A stretch of DNA of 64,000 nucleotides from Chrysomallon squamiferum (Eukaryota > Animalia > Mollusca), in contig CM022675.1 in NCBI GenBank assembly GCA_012295275.1, positions 806,001 to 870,000 of the forward strand, read 5' to 3'. The notes under the pieces were generated by a model that made no database searches, was not told where the DNA came from, and saw nothing but the letters and a program-made list of their open reading frames with translations. This document shows, piece by piece, positions 39,887 to 53,555 of the stretch; the stretch's first letter is position 1; every line of letters starts with the position of its first letter. The position numbers and the translations under genes were made by a program.

Positions 39887-40928
39887 TAATAAATATGTAC
39901 AAACATTTTCATCTTTACATTATGAACTAAACAAACACAGAGTACAAGCTAATTAATAACTTAAAATAAATATTTAAATATAAAAACATTATATTCCAAC
40001 ACTTAATTAACAAATTAAGAAATAACAAAGGAAAAGAAAACAAGAAACTAAAACAATATTTATCCACGTTCTTTAAAACCATTATTTAAAATGTTATAAC
40101 AAACATTTTAAACAGAATTTTAATTAACACTTTTAAATAAATAAAAGCGCAGACTTCTACAATTTTAACAAAATACTTTGATGAATAATAAAAATTATAT
40201 ATATATTAATAGGATCTAAATTATTTATTACAGATTAAATTCTTTACAGTTATGCCTTTCAAAACAATCAAAATGTTTCAAACAAAACACACACATTTTA
40301 AACAACAACAACTGTGCAAAAAGAAAACAAACAGCAATCAATGAATTAGTTTTGTCATGTAAAAACCTCAAGTAGCTCTTTACACTAAAAGCATATTTCT
40401 TTTATTTTTCTTTAAAATAAATAAATTATATCAAACTTTAGTTAATTTTCAATTAAGGACAGAAAAAAAAAAAAATAAACAATGGATATTTTTAATAAAA
40501 GTGTTGAAATTATTTTGTTACTTTAACTATCAACTGAAAGAAAAAACATTTCTTTAAAAATTATAAATTATAAAGGGTTTCTGTTTCCTATGTAATTTCA
40601 TAAACAAAAGATATTTTATCATTGTAATTTATTGTTAAGAAAGAGTGACTGCCAGTTACAAACTAGTAAACTGCTTTCTAATAATAAAGAAAGCGTTCAA
40701 ACTAAATTACTAAAGATTAAAAAGAAAAACTATTATCTGTAATCAAAATCAAACATATTTAGATTATTTGTATGTAGTAAATACAGAGGATTAAACAAAC
40801 CTCAAAGAAAAACAGAAAAAAAAAAAAAAAAAATATAATAAAAAAAAAAAAAAAATAATAATAATAAATAAATAAATAAATAAATAAATAATAATAATAA
40901 ATAAATAAATAAATAAATAATAATAATA

Positions 40929-40959
<31 letters not shown>

Positions 40960-41058
40960 AATAATAAAATAATAAAGATAATAATTAATTTATAAAATAA
41001 AAAAAATAAAAAAATAATATCAATTTATTGATGTTACTGGTATTAAAACACACAAACA

Positions 41059-41102
<44 letters not shown>

Positions 41103-41701
41103 GAATAAATTTATTGTTTACATTTTAGACCTTTTGAACATACCACTTTTAAAGGTGTCTATCAAGAATTATTAAAACTTTATGAATGAATTATTTAGTT
41201 TAGATCTATCAAAATATAGCATAGATCTTTTGAAAATAAAAGAGACTGTTAAAACAAAAAAAACATTTTTTTTTTTTTTACTTATTCACAGTTTACATAC
41301 AATTTTATAGCTCTAGCAATTCAAAATATCTTTGATTATATATATATATATACATATACATACAAAAAAAAAAAAAAACTTTAGAGATATGTAAGAATTG
41401 TTTATCTTACAATTACAATAAAAAACAATAAAATAAAATCTGTTAGAGGGAAACAGTTACTTGTTTTTACATGACAGTAGCAACAGAAACTCGATTCAAC
41501 CACAAACATACCAAGAATTTTGCAGTTCGGAGTGTATCCTAAAGACAAAGTGACAGTTAACACAATTAATTATTATAATTTATTTATTTATTTATTATTA
41601 TTGTATTATTTATTTTTAAATTTCTGTTTTAATAGTATTTTTCTTATTGTTACTTTAAGGTGCACAAATCTATACTTAATATTGTTTTAATTATTACTTT
41701 T

Positions 41702-41745
<44 letters not shown>

Positions 41746-42323
41746 CTAAATGATAATAAAAGTATTAGAAAAATCAAATTTGTTACTTATAAAAAATGTT
41801 TAAAAAAATAAAAAAGTAAGACCACAAATGAGTTTACGACAGGTATTTCTGAAACTTAATTTGTTTGCAATAATCACCATTTTTAAATGCCTGCCATTTT
41901 AATTTCTGATGTCATCAACTGAATAATAAGGTTTTCTCCTCTCTGTTAATTTTGGTTGTAAATCTATTCAGTACAATTTCATTGTATAATATAAAGTCAC
42001 TGCAAAACAGATTTAAGTTTCTAGCATTAGTGTGAATAGTGAAAAAAACAAAACAAAATAAACACAAAAAGCCTCCTCAAAGGCCTGCACAGCTGTAGTT
42101 TTATCAAGGTTTTCTTATGAAGAGTTTGGTCTTGTGCTTGTATAATTTATATAATTTAACTCTTTGGGGTGTGTGAACAAGGCTCCTAGTACAGGTAAAT
42201 ATATACAAATACTCTTATGTACCAATTCTTCATTTTTTATAATATATATAAAATATATAAATAATTTTAAAAAATTAAATAAATAGAAGAAACATAATAT
42301 TGGGACTTTATCATCAGTCTTGC

Positions 42324-42362
<39 letters not shown>

Positions 42363-44979
42363 ACTTAATTTATTTTTATTTTTTTTAACTATCTAGGTAT
42401 GTTTGAGACTAAATTTAAAATAATAAATTAATAAAGATAAAAAACAACATAAAAGGACAGGCTTTTAGTAAAATAGATTTAGATCAAGGTTAGAATGGGC
42501 TTCTAAAATTATTTTTACACAAAATATAAATAAATTAAAAAACAATATATAATAATAATAATGTATATTAGAATTCTACAACTTCCAAAATTTTGTAAAA
42601 AGTAAATTAATAAGAGAATGTTATTTAAAAATCTATTGTTATTAATAAATATGCACCAGAGAACAAAGGCAGAAGCAATGGTCTGAAAAGGACAAAAATC
42701 AAATTTGTAAAAAAACAAAAAATAAAATAAAAATAAAGAAACACTACTTTAGTAATATTAGTTTAAAAATACCAACTAAATTTAATTTTTTTTTGTCGTG
42801 TTTTAGAAGGAAATTAATAATAAAAAAAAAAAAAAAAAAAAAAAAAATGATAAAAAATAATAATAATAATAATAATAATAAAGTATATATGAAGAATGAA
42901 TCCATGTTTAATTGAATTAGGTGTATAGATTTGGAATGTTTGGATGTGTGGTTGTCTGTATGCTAAATGAATAAAATAAATGAGTTCTCAGTATTAATTT
43001 TGAACACAAACAAAAAACAAAAGTTCAACAAAAATTAATTATATGGAAAAATAATATGAAAGAAAATAAGGTAAAGAGGTAAAAAAGATGCCCACCATTA
43101 ATACAAGATCGCCCAAACCCTGGGAATATAATCTTCCATATGGCTGAAAATTTTGAGTCATAATTTTACTACCTATATTATCTGCTTACAGATTTAACAT
43201 TGTACCAAAATATTCTCTTATTATTGAAAATGTACAATATTTTAACTATCTATCAACATGTTCTTTAACTATTTTAACACTGTATTAACATGTTATCTTC
43301 TGATTTTAACAATCTATCAACATGTTCTTTAACTATTTTAACACTGTATCAACATGTTATCTTCTGATTTTAACAATCTATCAACATGTTCTTTAACTAT
43401 TTTAACACTGTATCAACATGTTATCTTCTAATTTTAACAATCTATTAACATGTTCTTTAACTATTTTAACACTGTTAAAAATAGAAAATAACATGTTGAT
43501 ACAATCTATCAACATGTTCTTTAACTATTTTAACACTGTATCAACATGTTTTTTCTTATTATTAACAATGTATCAACATGTTTATCTTCTAATTTTAACA
43601 ATCTATCAACATGTTCTTTAACTATTTTAATACTGTATCAACGTTATCTTCTATTTTTAACAATCTATCAATATGGTCTTTAACTGTTTTACTGCATCAA
43701 CATGTTCTCTTCTTATTATTAACAGTGTATCAACATGTTTGCTAATTATTATAACATTGTTTCAACATGTTCTCTCATTTAAAAAATATATCATTTTAAC
43801 AATGTATTTTAATAAATTATCTGTATATCTTTATCCTGTCACGACATTTTATCCTATTACTTTTTTATTTATTTTTTAAAAAATATTTTGAAACATACTT
43901 CTATACATTTTAATAATGCACATGATATAGCATGCCATTTTTTTAACAATGTTTTTGTATGACGTTTCATTTTAATATATTTATATGTGTATCATTTACA
44001 TTTTAAAACAATTTATATGATATCACATTATATCAACAATATATTTATATACTGATGTTATTTTAATAACATTTTGGAAGAATTCATTTTTAACACTTTT
44101 ATTTATGTACTGTTAACATTTAACAATGTACCAATGTTCTATTAATAAATACATTATCTAGCAGTTTTGGCATGTTACCAAATTATTAAATAATCATAAT
44201 TTATACATATGTTGATTTATTTCAATAACTTTAATAATTGTATGAATATTTTTATTTATTATGTATCTGAAATAGATTGAGATTTAGGAAGAAAATGTTT
44301 GAATTGTCGGTGATTGCAAGTTGTTTTAGTAGTTGTCCATTTAGCAGTTTTATCCAATCAATAATCCAATGTCAGAAACAAATTTATAATCTTTATGCAT
44401 ATCTTTAATATTTATCAATGATAATAATAATAATAATAATAAAAGAAAAAAGAAAACCAAAAATATATATAACAAAAGAAATAAAGAAAAAAGAAAAGAA
44501 AAAAATTACAAATTTGAAATTTAGAAACTGATTTAAATTTGAGATTTAATACAAGTTTGAAAGTGTCTATGGTTAAAATTAATATACTATTTAATATGAT
44601 ATAAATACAAAATATTAAAAAAAAAAAAAATGAAAAAAAAAACAATAATCAATAAATAAATAAGTAAGTAAATAAAAATATTCCATTAAGATCTAATTTA
44701 TATTAGAACATTTTAATTATTAGTTGAAATCTACGATTTGAAATAAATAAATTCCTAATATTGTGAGTTGATAAGTTTTTTTATTAAAAAATGTTCTGAA
44801 CTGAGTAATCAACACAAACAAGCAATCTATTAACACACATTCTTATGTTAATCACTGTAATTAATCTATAGAACACACACACACACAGTCAAAATTTGGC
44901 TTATGCTGAAGCTGAAATTTTTGGGCTAAAATTCATTACCGACTGATGAGCCTGCATAAATATACCATAAAATAATTAT

Positions 44980-45058
<79 letters not shown>

Positions 45059-48000
45059 ATAATAGAAAATGAAATTAGAATTAGGAAAATAAATGTACAA
45101 TATAAATATCAGAAACCAATTTGTTGAATTCAACACTTGTTTTTATTTTAATGACATCTCTATAAAATACTGATTAATTTTCTAAGAACACCAACTGAAT
45201 GTCAAAAACAGTTAATTCTGACATTTAGTCTTCACTGAAAGTGCTAAATACCTTTTTTTTTTTTTTTTTTTTATTATTTTTTTTTTTTTTAGCCTTGACA
45301 GCAAATATACTTGCAAGTGATAAACCATATGGTTGGAATGCAATAAAAACTTCCATAATCAATTAAATAGAGAAAAACCCAGTATGTTCTGTATACCATT
45401 ATATATAGTGAAAATATATTAAATATTATTACTTAGTAACATAGTAAAACACACATCATGTCAACTCAGTGATGAAGCCACAGCACTATCTGTTGAAAAT
45501 TATCAGTTAAAATATATTTAAATTTTTTAATTTTTAGGATATTTTTATTTTTTAATAAACAGCTTATCCAGCCACTCCAGTAAGTAGTTAGAGTCATTAA
45601 AAAAAGTTAATCAGTTTAGTTTTCAAAATATTCTATCATTATTGGTATTCAAAAAAACATATTTTTGCAAACAAGCAAGCTTTGGAGATGGGAGTGTTAT
45701 CGAAATGAAGATTACAATATAAGGAAATATGAATATTTTAGTAGCTAAATACTTTCAAAAAGTGACTCAATACACAATTTGATGTATTGGGTCACTCAGT
45801 ACAAAACAATATTACACAGTTCAGTAACAAAGTATATACTAAAAAACATAATTATTACAGTAGGGGCATTATATCACTCATTATACAGTTTTATATTAAA
45901 ATACTTATTATGCTAGTGAACTATAAATCTTATTATACATTTGGAAATTAAAATACTTACACTAATGAACAATAAATCTTATTATACAGTGATAAATTAA
46001 AACATATAATACAGAGGGGGCATAACAACAGTTATTAAAAAGTTTTAAATTAATACTTATTACAGTAGTAAATTACAGAACTATTAGCATACAGTGATAA
46101 TTTAAACACATATTACTCAGAGGTGCATTACAAAACTTATTATAAAGTTTTACATTAACTTACTTATTTCACTAGTGAGCTATAAATCTTATTACACAGT
46201 GGTTAATGAAATCACAGATGATAAGTAAAACTTACTGGTAAGTCTCGTGCTGAGTCCAGATTTACAAGCAGAATACACGACGACAGATTGGAACTTTTAT
46301 TTTCTTCCTGCACCTGATAAATCATCTGTGTAAAATAAATAAATAAGTAAATTAATAAATTAATAAATTAAATAAAATAATATAAAATTATATATAAAAA
46401 AAAAAAAAATATCATAAAATCTAGAGAAGCAGAGAAGTAAAAAAATAAGCAAATAAGTACATCAGTATATTTTAAAACTATTAATTAAGAAATATGAGTA
46501 AATTAAGTAAAAACTCTATAAATAAATAAATAAATGATAGATGCTCAATCCAGTTTTATTACCATACTCTGTTGGTGTGTTTCTATATTTCAACAGAATT
46601 AACAGATTTCAATCTTTGGTATTATTCACCAACTCTTATTTCAGACTGTAACAAATTCTGGCTCTTCATTTACGGTACAGAATTTAATCTTTCTAAAGAT
46701 TTAAATGATCTTGAAGAAAGCTAATTTTTATTGGTAATGTTACACTCAAATCTCTTCATCCAGGTCCTAATGTTACCATTGTGAAATTTTGTTAGTATTC
46801 AAAGTATTAACAGGAACAGAGAAAATGAAACTAAAACTAGACTAATAAAAGCGTCTTGGCTAGTTAACTTTTAATTAATATATGAAATATAATTTTTCTT
46901 ATTTTATCTTTATCTGTTTGTATTTGTAATAGTTTTTAAAATTTTTAAGTCTACTAAAAAAAAATGTTTTAATTTTAAAATAACAATATATATATATATA
47001 TATATAATTATTTTATTTAATACTTTTTATTTAATTTTTAATCAGTTTTAAAAAAATATATTAGACATACCATTTTAATTACTAGTATTATCAGTAACAT
47101 TAATAATAGTCAGTTATAAAAAAATAAATTAAAATTCCAAAAAACTTTTTTTATTCAATTTTCAATCAGTGAATAAAAAAATAATTGTAATTCTATTTTT
47201 AGTATTTTAGTACACTTCTTATCTTTAAACTGTCTAACATACTAACAATCTTGATGTAGACTCCTACTTAAAGGAAGAATATACTTTTTCTTCAAACTAA
47301 GCCTTTAATACTCTAACATTATCTTGAACTGGGGGCTCTTTTATATATCTCAAAACAAATGTTTGTTTAATAAAATATTTTCTCATGAGTAGGGAAGGTA
47401 GATATTAGTTTTACTGTCAGAAAACTCACTTTAATTTGTTATCACTTATGTTAAATTATTTGTGTTGTTTTATAATAATAACAACAAATAATAATAATAA
47501 TAACAATAATAATAATAATAATAATTACTGTTATTATTATTATTATTGTTATTGTTATTGTTATTTTTTGTTGTTTGTTTGGGTGTTTTTGGAAATTCAT
47601 GCAGAGTCACACATGTGAATTTCAGATTAATTCACACACACACAGCAACATCAGCCACATCAACACTGAGGTAAACATGTCTGAAAAAACTGAGTTATTA
47701 ACTGTTAATTAACTGACTTTAGTTAATAACTTGGCAACATACAAAAAATATGCCACACACATGATGAATTTAAAAAATAAAACAAAGATAATAATAATAA
47801 TAATAATAATAATAAAAGAAATGTTAATGTATAACAAAAATTTGTAATAATTAAAACACAAATAATGAATGTTTAAATAATTTTAAAAATATCGGTGTTA
47901 CTATAAACAGAAAAATAGTCATAATAAAAATAAAACATAAGTAATGAAGACTAAAATTATATTAAAAAAAATCAAAACAATAAAAATAAAATGCAAAAAT

Positions 48001-50698
48001 ATTAACAATTGAAATAAAAAATATAAGTAATAAATGTTGAAATAATAAAAAATAACAATGTTCATGTATATGCCAAAAAAAAGTAATAATTAAAATGAAA
48101 TATAAACAGTGAATGTTTAAATAATTAAGTAGCTTGCATGGATGAGAGTGCCTTCTTATACAATTGCCCCCAAGATAATTTTAATCCCAAAATCAAAACC
48201 AAAGCATGCACTGTGTTGAAATTTAAGTAACAGCAGAACATTTTTAATTATTTATTTAACGTTTTTATTATTATTATTATTATTATTATTTATTTTATTA
48301 TTTTTATTTTATTTTATTTATTATTTTCTTTTTTTGACAATTGCCAGTATTGTGCGTGTGTGTGTGTGTATACAAATTCTGGCAATTGTCAAAAAAATAT
48401 ATATATATATATATCTATATATATACACAAATACTTATGAATCTATATGCACATAATATATGTGTGTTCATAAATACACGTGGTAAACTGAATAAAAATA
48501 ACAAACACTGTGACACCCACACAGATAACAGACACACCATCTAAGAAATGTCTGTTTTAAATATTAAACTGTTCTTATTTTCAGTTAGATCCTTAAGCAG
48601 GCAAGACCGAAAATTATCATCTTCCCATTATGCATATTAAATAAAAGCTATTTAAAGGCAAGATTTTATTAAATCTACTAATGATTATCTTAAACAGTTT
48701 AAATTCAGCACTACTGCAATACCAACCCAAAATGTATTTGATTTTTACTTTCTGTTTATTTCTATAAAAGCATGTCTCCATAATCTTTATTTCAAAATAT
48801 TAAGCTTTATAGATACAGAGCTAAAAAAAATTAATTCTACTGCCAGCATATCAAGCCCCATATTTCCAAATTCTTATTTGATATTTTATATATAAAAAAA
48901 AACCTAAGCTTCATTGCGTAATTAAGAAAAGAAAAAAATGAGATTTTATAAATCCTTTGATAAAATTTTGAATTTGGATGGTTTATAAATACTTTTGACC
49001 CTTAATTTCATGGACTAACAATGTGGTTGACCTAAAATTTACCAAAACATTAAACTTTAATACAACAGTTATATAATAAAGTAATAACAATATACTACAG
49101 AGATTCTTTTTTTATTTTACTTCATTCGTATCTTGGTGGTTTGTCTATTTTCATAAATACTGTCATCATTGTTTTTATTTTTATACTAATTACTACTATG
49201 GTATTAACTGCTATTATTATTGTTGTTGTTGTTGTTAATTTATTATTTTTATAATAATAATAACTGTTATTATTACGATTATTATTTTATTTTATATTAC
49301 AATTATTATCATGATCACAGCATTGTCACTATGACTAATTCTTATTTTTGATCAAGTAAAATAAAATTAGCAATTAAAAATAGAGATGAATACAGAAATT
49401 AGTATTTCTAAAATACAATTTTTCTGAGTTATACAACTTAGTAGAATTTTCCTATTACTAAGTAATTATTATAAATTAATTTTCAATTTAAAGAAATATA
49501 TACCAGTTGATGAATTAGTAAAATTGTGTATTCAGCAACACTATTATCTAATCTACTGGTCTCTGATATGCTTTCATCAAAACAAAACAAAACAAAACAA
49601 ATCAAAATGAAACACAAATTTGTTATAAATAAATGAAAGTGCCAAAGTTAAAAAAAGAAACAAGCAGATGTGGAAACAGTCAAGAGGTCATCACAGACTT
49701 ACCATGGAAACGAAGGTGTTGTGTCAACATCGGTGCATACAACAGCAAAATAAAACAGCACAGAACAACAAAGAATTAATTGAATGTAATGTTATTTATC
49801 TTAAAAGTTTAGTATAATGTTCCCCTTATTGAAATACTTGTGAGACAAACTGTGAATAATCTATAGGGTTTCATTTACAATTAAAAAAAATTGCAAAAAT
49901 AAATTAAACTGAATATATAAATATATAACTGCATAAATGATGAAAGGTGCATAAAAAAAAAAAAAAAAAAATCAATTTTCAAAACTTTTCAGTTAATGGA
50001 TTTACACTTTAAACAACTTTTTATTTAGTTTTGTATGTTGTTTTAAACAGAATTTAATAATTAATCACCTCATAAAGTGAAGAAAATTAATTAAAACTAC
50101 TTTTTCAAAACAATTATTATTATTATCAGATGGTGGGGAAATTTACATTTAAATAATGAAGGACACCTGCAAGTAATAATAATAATAAAATCAATAAAAA
50201 TTAAGTGCTACAACACAATATAAAAAAATATATAATAATAAATAAATAAATAAACAAAGATAAAAATCTTATAAAATAATATATTAAGAAAGAAAGAAAA
50301 AATACTTATATTATTATATACAGCTGTCTCACTCATTCAAAACAAAACCACAAAAAGCTTTCTTTCATCGAGTTACTTTATTCAAATTAAAAAATGTATT
50401 CCTATTTACATTGATCTATTCAAAATTTGTAATTTTAATTTTTATTCTCAATTCACGGGCACTCAATTTGTTGTGATATGTGACAAATTTCTGGGAAAAA
50501 ACGGTGCATTTGTAAACTGAAATCCGAGAGAAATAAAATGTCATTTATACCGGTTAGTATTTTAAACTGACATCACCACTTCAATAATTTAAAAAAAAAA
50601 AAAAAAATGACATACATCACCATAGAGCAGCTGAAAACACTATTTTATGAAGAAATGAAAATACTTTGTTACTGCAGAAATGTTAGGAATGTGAAACA

Positions 50699-50730
<32 letters not shown>

Positions 50731-52544
50731 CATTTTTAATTTTGTTTTATTATTTTTTTGATTTTATTATTTTTTATTATTATTATTATATATATTTTTT
50801 TTTTATCATTATTATTATGCAAAAAGTTGTTATTAAAATATTAACAATCTAAATGTTAAAACAGATAGTTAAAAAAAAGTAATAATTTAAACATACACAT
50901 AAATTTTTTTAATTTTTATTTTATTACTTTTCTTACCAATAATTTATTATCATATTCATGGTATGCAACATATCATTTCTGGGAATTTTGCAGAACAATG
51001 TTATTCATGTAAAATTTCCATCTTAAAATGTCATTTCTGTGAGTTTTGCAAAAAGTCATTGTTCATGTAAAAGTAAGCATCTTAACTTTTCACTTCTGTG
51101 AACTGTGTGAAAATTCTGAGCATCAGTCTCAAAAAACTGTGAAACTGAAATCTTAACAGACCATTTCAGCAGAAATAAACATTACATTATTTTGAGTTAA
51201 TTTAATTTTTTATTTTTCAAGTAACAATACTAAACGGAGTTATCTTACCCTGTCCAGCTCTAGAGGGTCGTTGGCTAAATACAGCCACTGCAGTCTAACA
51301 TGCACGTAACCTTTCTTGACATTTTCCAGTTGCAGCCACTGGAAAAAAAAAATAAATAATTAAATTAAATTAAATTAAATTAAATTAAAAAAATAATAAT
51401 AAAATAAATAAAAAAATTAAAAAAAATTAAAATAATAAAAAAAATAAATAAATAAATAAATAAAACAAAAAAAAAAATTGTTAAAAAAATAAATAAATAA
51501 AATAAATAAAAAGTAAAATAATAATGACAATAATGATGATGTTGATCATCACCATCATATTAATAACAATAATAATAATAAATAAAATAATTAGAATAAT
51601 GTTAAAGTCTTATGCTTTCAATTTTATTGATTTTTTATTACCTCAAAATAAAATTCATATGTTTATTATTAAAATGAAAAATCATAACAATAATAATGCC
51701 AAATTATATTCAAGTATAACACACTGTAAAAATTTACTTATCTTATACATTAAATTATGTTCTGATATAACACACTATAGAAATTTACTTATCTATACAA
51801 TAAAACATGTTCAGATATAACACATTGTAAAAATTTACTTATCTAATACACTAAATCAGTACAACAAAACACCACCATGATTAAAGTAATCCCCAGTACA
51901 ACAATAACCACCATAGTAAATGTAATCACAGTATTAGCTAAAATGGCAAGTTTGAGAAACTGTAACAGAAATATTTATCTGTTTGTTTTTTGTTTTTTGC
52001 TGTATAAATAAATGAATAAATGGATTTTGTCAAGTTGTTCTAGTAGACAAATTTATACTGCTTCTGTAGACCTAATAATTAAGTTGTTGTTTTGAAGTGG
52101 CTCTTTTACTAATGATCAAAGAAACAGGAAAATGGCTCCTGAAAAGTATGAACTTGTAATAAAAATGTTCCTTGATTTCTACTCTATACTGATCCGTACC
52201 TCAGAAATATTTTATTTATTTCTTATGTGTATATTATAAAAAAATGTCAGAATTGTTATTACTTTTAAGAAAATGAATATGAAAATTTAAAAAAAAAAAA
52301 AAAAAAGAAATATCCAACTGAATTGATATAGTTCAGTGTGTCATTGTTACCATGTTTGTCTCAATCAGGAAACAAACTGTGACATTATAGGATGGCAAGT
52401 TTAAAAATAGAATTTCCTTTCACTCACCTCATCCACTATTCCTTTTTCTTTTATCTGACTGACATCCACCTGTACACTGCAAAACAGCATAAAAGATTTT
52501 ATTAACATTTTTTAGTGGTAGTAGTAGTAGCAGTAATAACAACA

Positions 52545-52577
<33 letters not shown>

Positions 52578-53480
52578 CAATATGAATATATTAGCAATAT
52601 TAATAACAATAGTAACACATTAATAATAATAGTAACATTAATAATAATAATAATAATAATAATACAATATGACTATATTAGCAACATTAATAACAACACA
52701 TTAATGACGATAATAATAAGAGGAAAGAAAAATAATCTGCAATATAAATGATAACAAGAATTTAATATCAATGGTAGTAACAACAAGACTATTGCTAATA
52801 AAAATAGTTACAACACCAACTACAACTACTACAACAATAACAATAACAAAGCAAAAACAGTGATGTTTGTTCTTTAACAGTCCTCAAATCATATACAAAA
52901 TAAAAAAGTTAAAAAATGGATTTAAACGTTTTTGCATTTCCTTTGGCACCTGTAACTACAATACAATTCTAAAAAAAAAAAAAGAAGGAAAAATTCCTGT
53001 AAAACATACTTTCCAAGATCATCATCCTTGTTTCCAGGATCCTTGTCCATCACAAACAGATCCAGGGTTTGGGCATCAGGAGCATCAATGATAGCCTAAA
53101 ACAGTAAAAATAATTTTGGAACAAAAAATTTAATATCTTTGCAAAAGTATATTTTTCTTCCAATGTATTTATTTTTATTATTATTATTATTATTAATATT
53201 ATTTTTTTTATTTTTATTTTATTTTTTTTTTTTTTTTTTTTTTTTTTTCTTCATCTTTTTTTTAATCTGGATGTATCATTAAAGAAAACTAAATTTTAAT
53301 AAAATGTGATCAGGCCTGCTTGGGTTAATTATATTTGAACAAAGAACATACACAATGACAATTTGAGAACTACAGTCCACATCACATTACATTATAACAG
53401 CTCACATCTAGAAATTATGTCATATTTCATGTTAGTTCTTTGTATGACCTGATATATTTGTTCACTGACTGATATACATC

Positions 53481-53555
<75 letters not shown>

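Noticed and set aside
42657-42682. Strong acceptor tttttgtccttttcag followed by a 26-nt candidate exon (also an 11-nt candidate at 41838-41848)
   Set aside because: Weak donors (GTGCAT, GTAAAC) and lengths that do not preserve frame alone or together. A poison exon cannot be excluded without RNA data.
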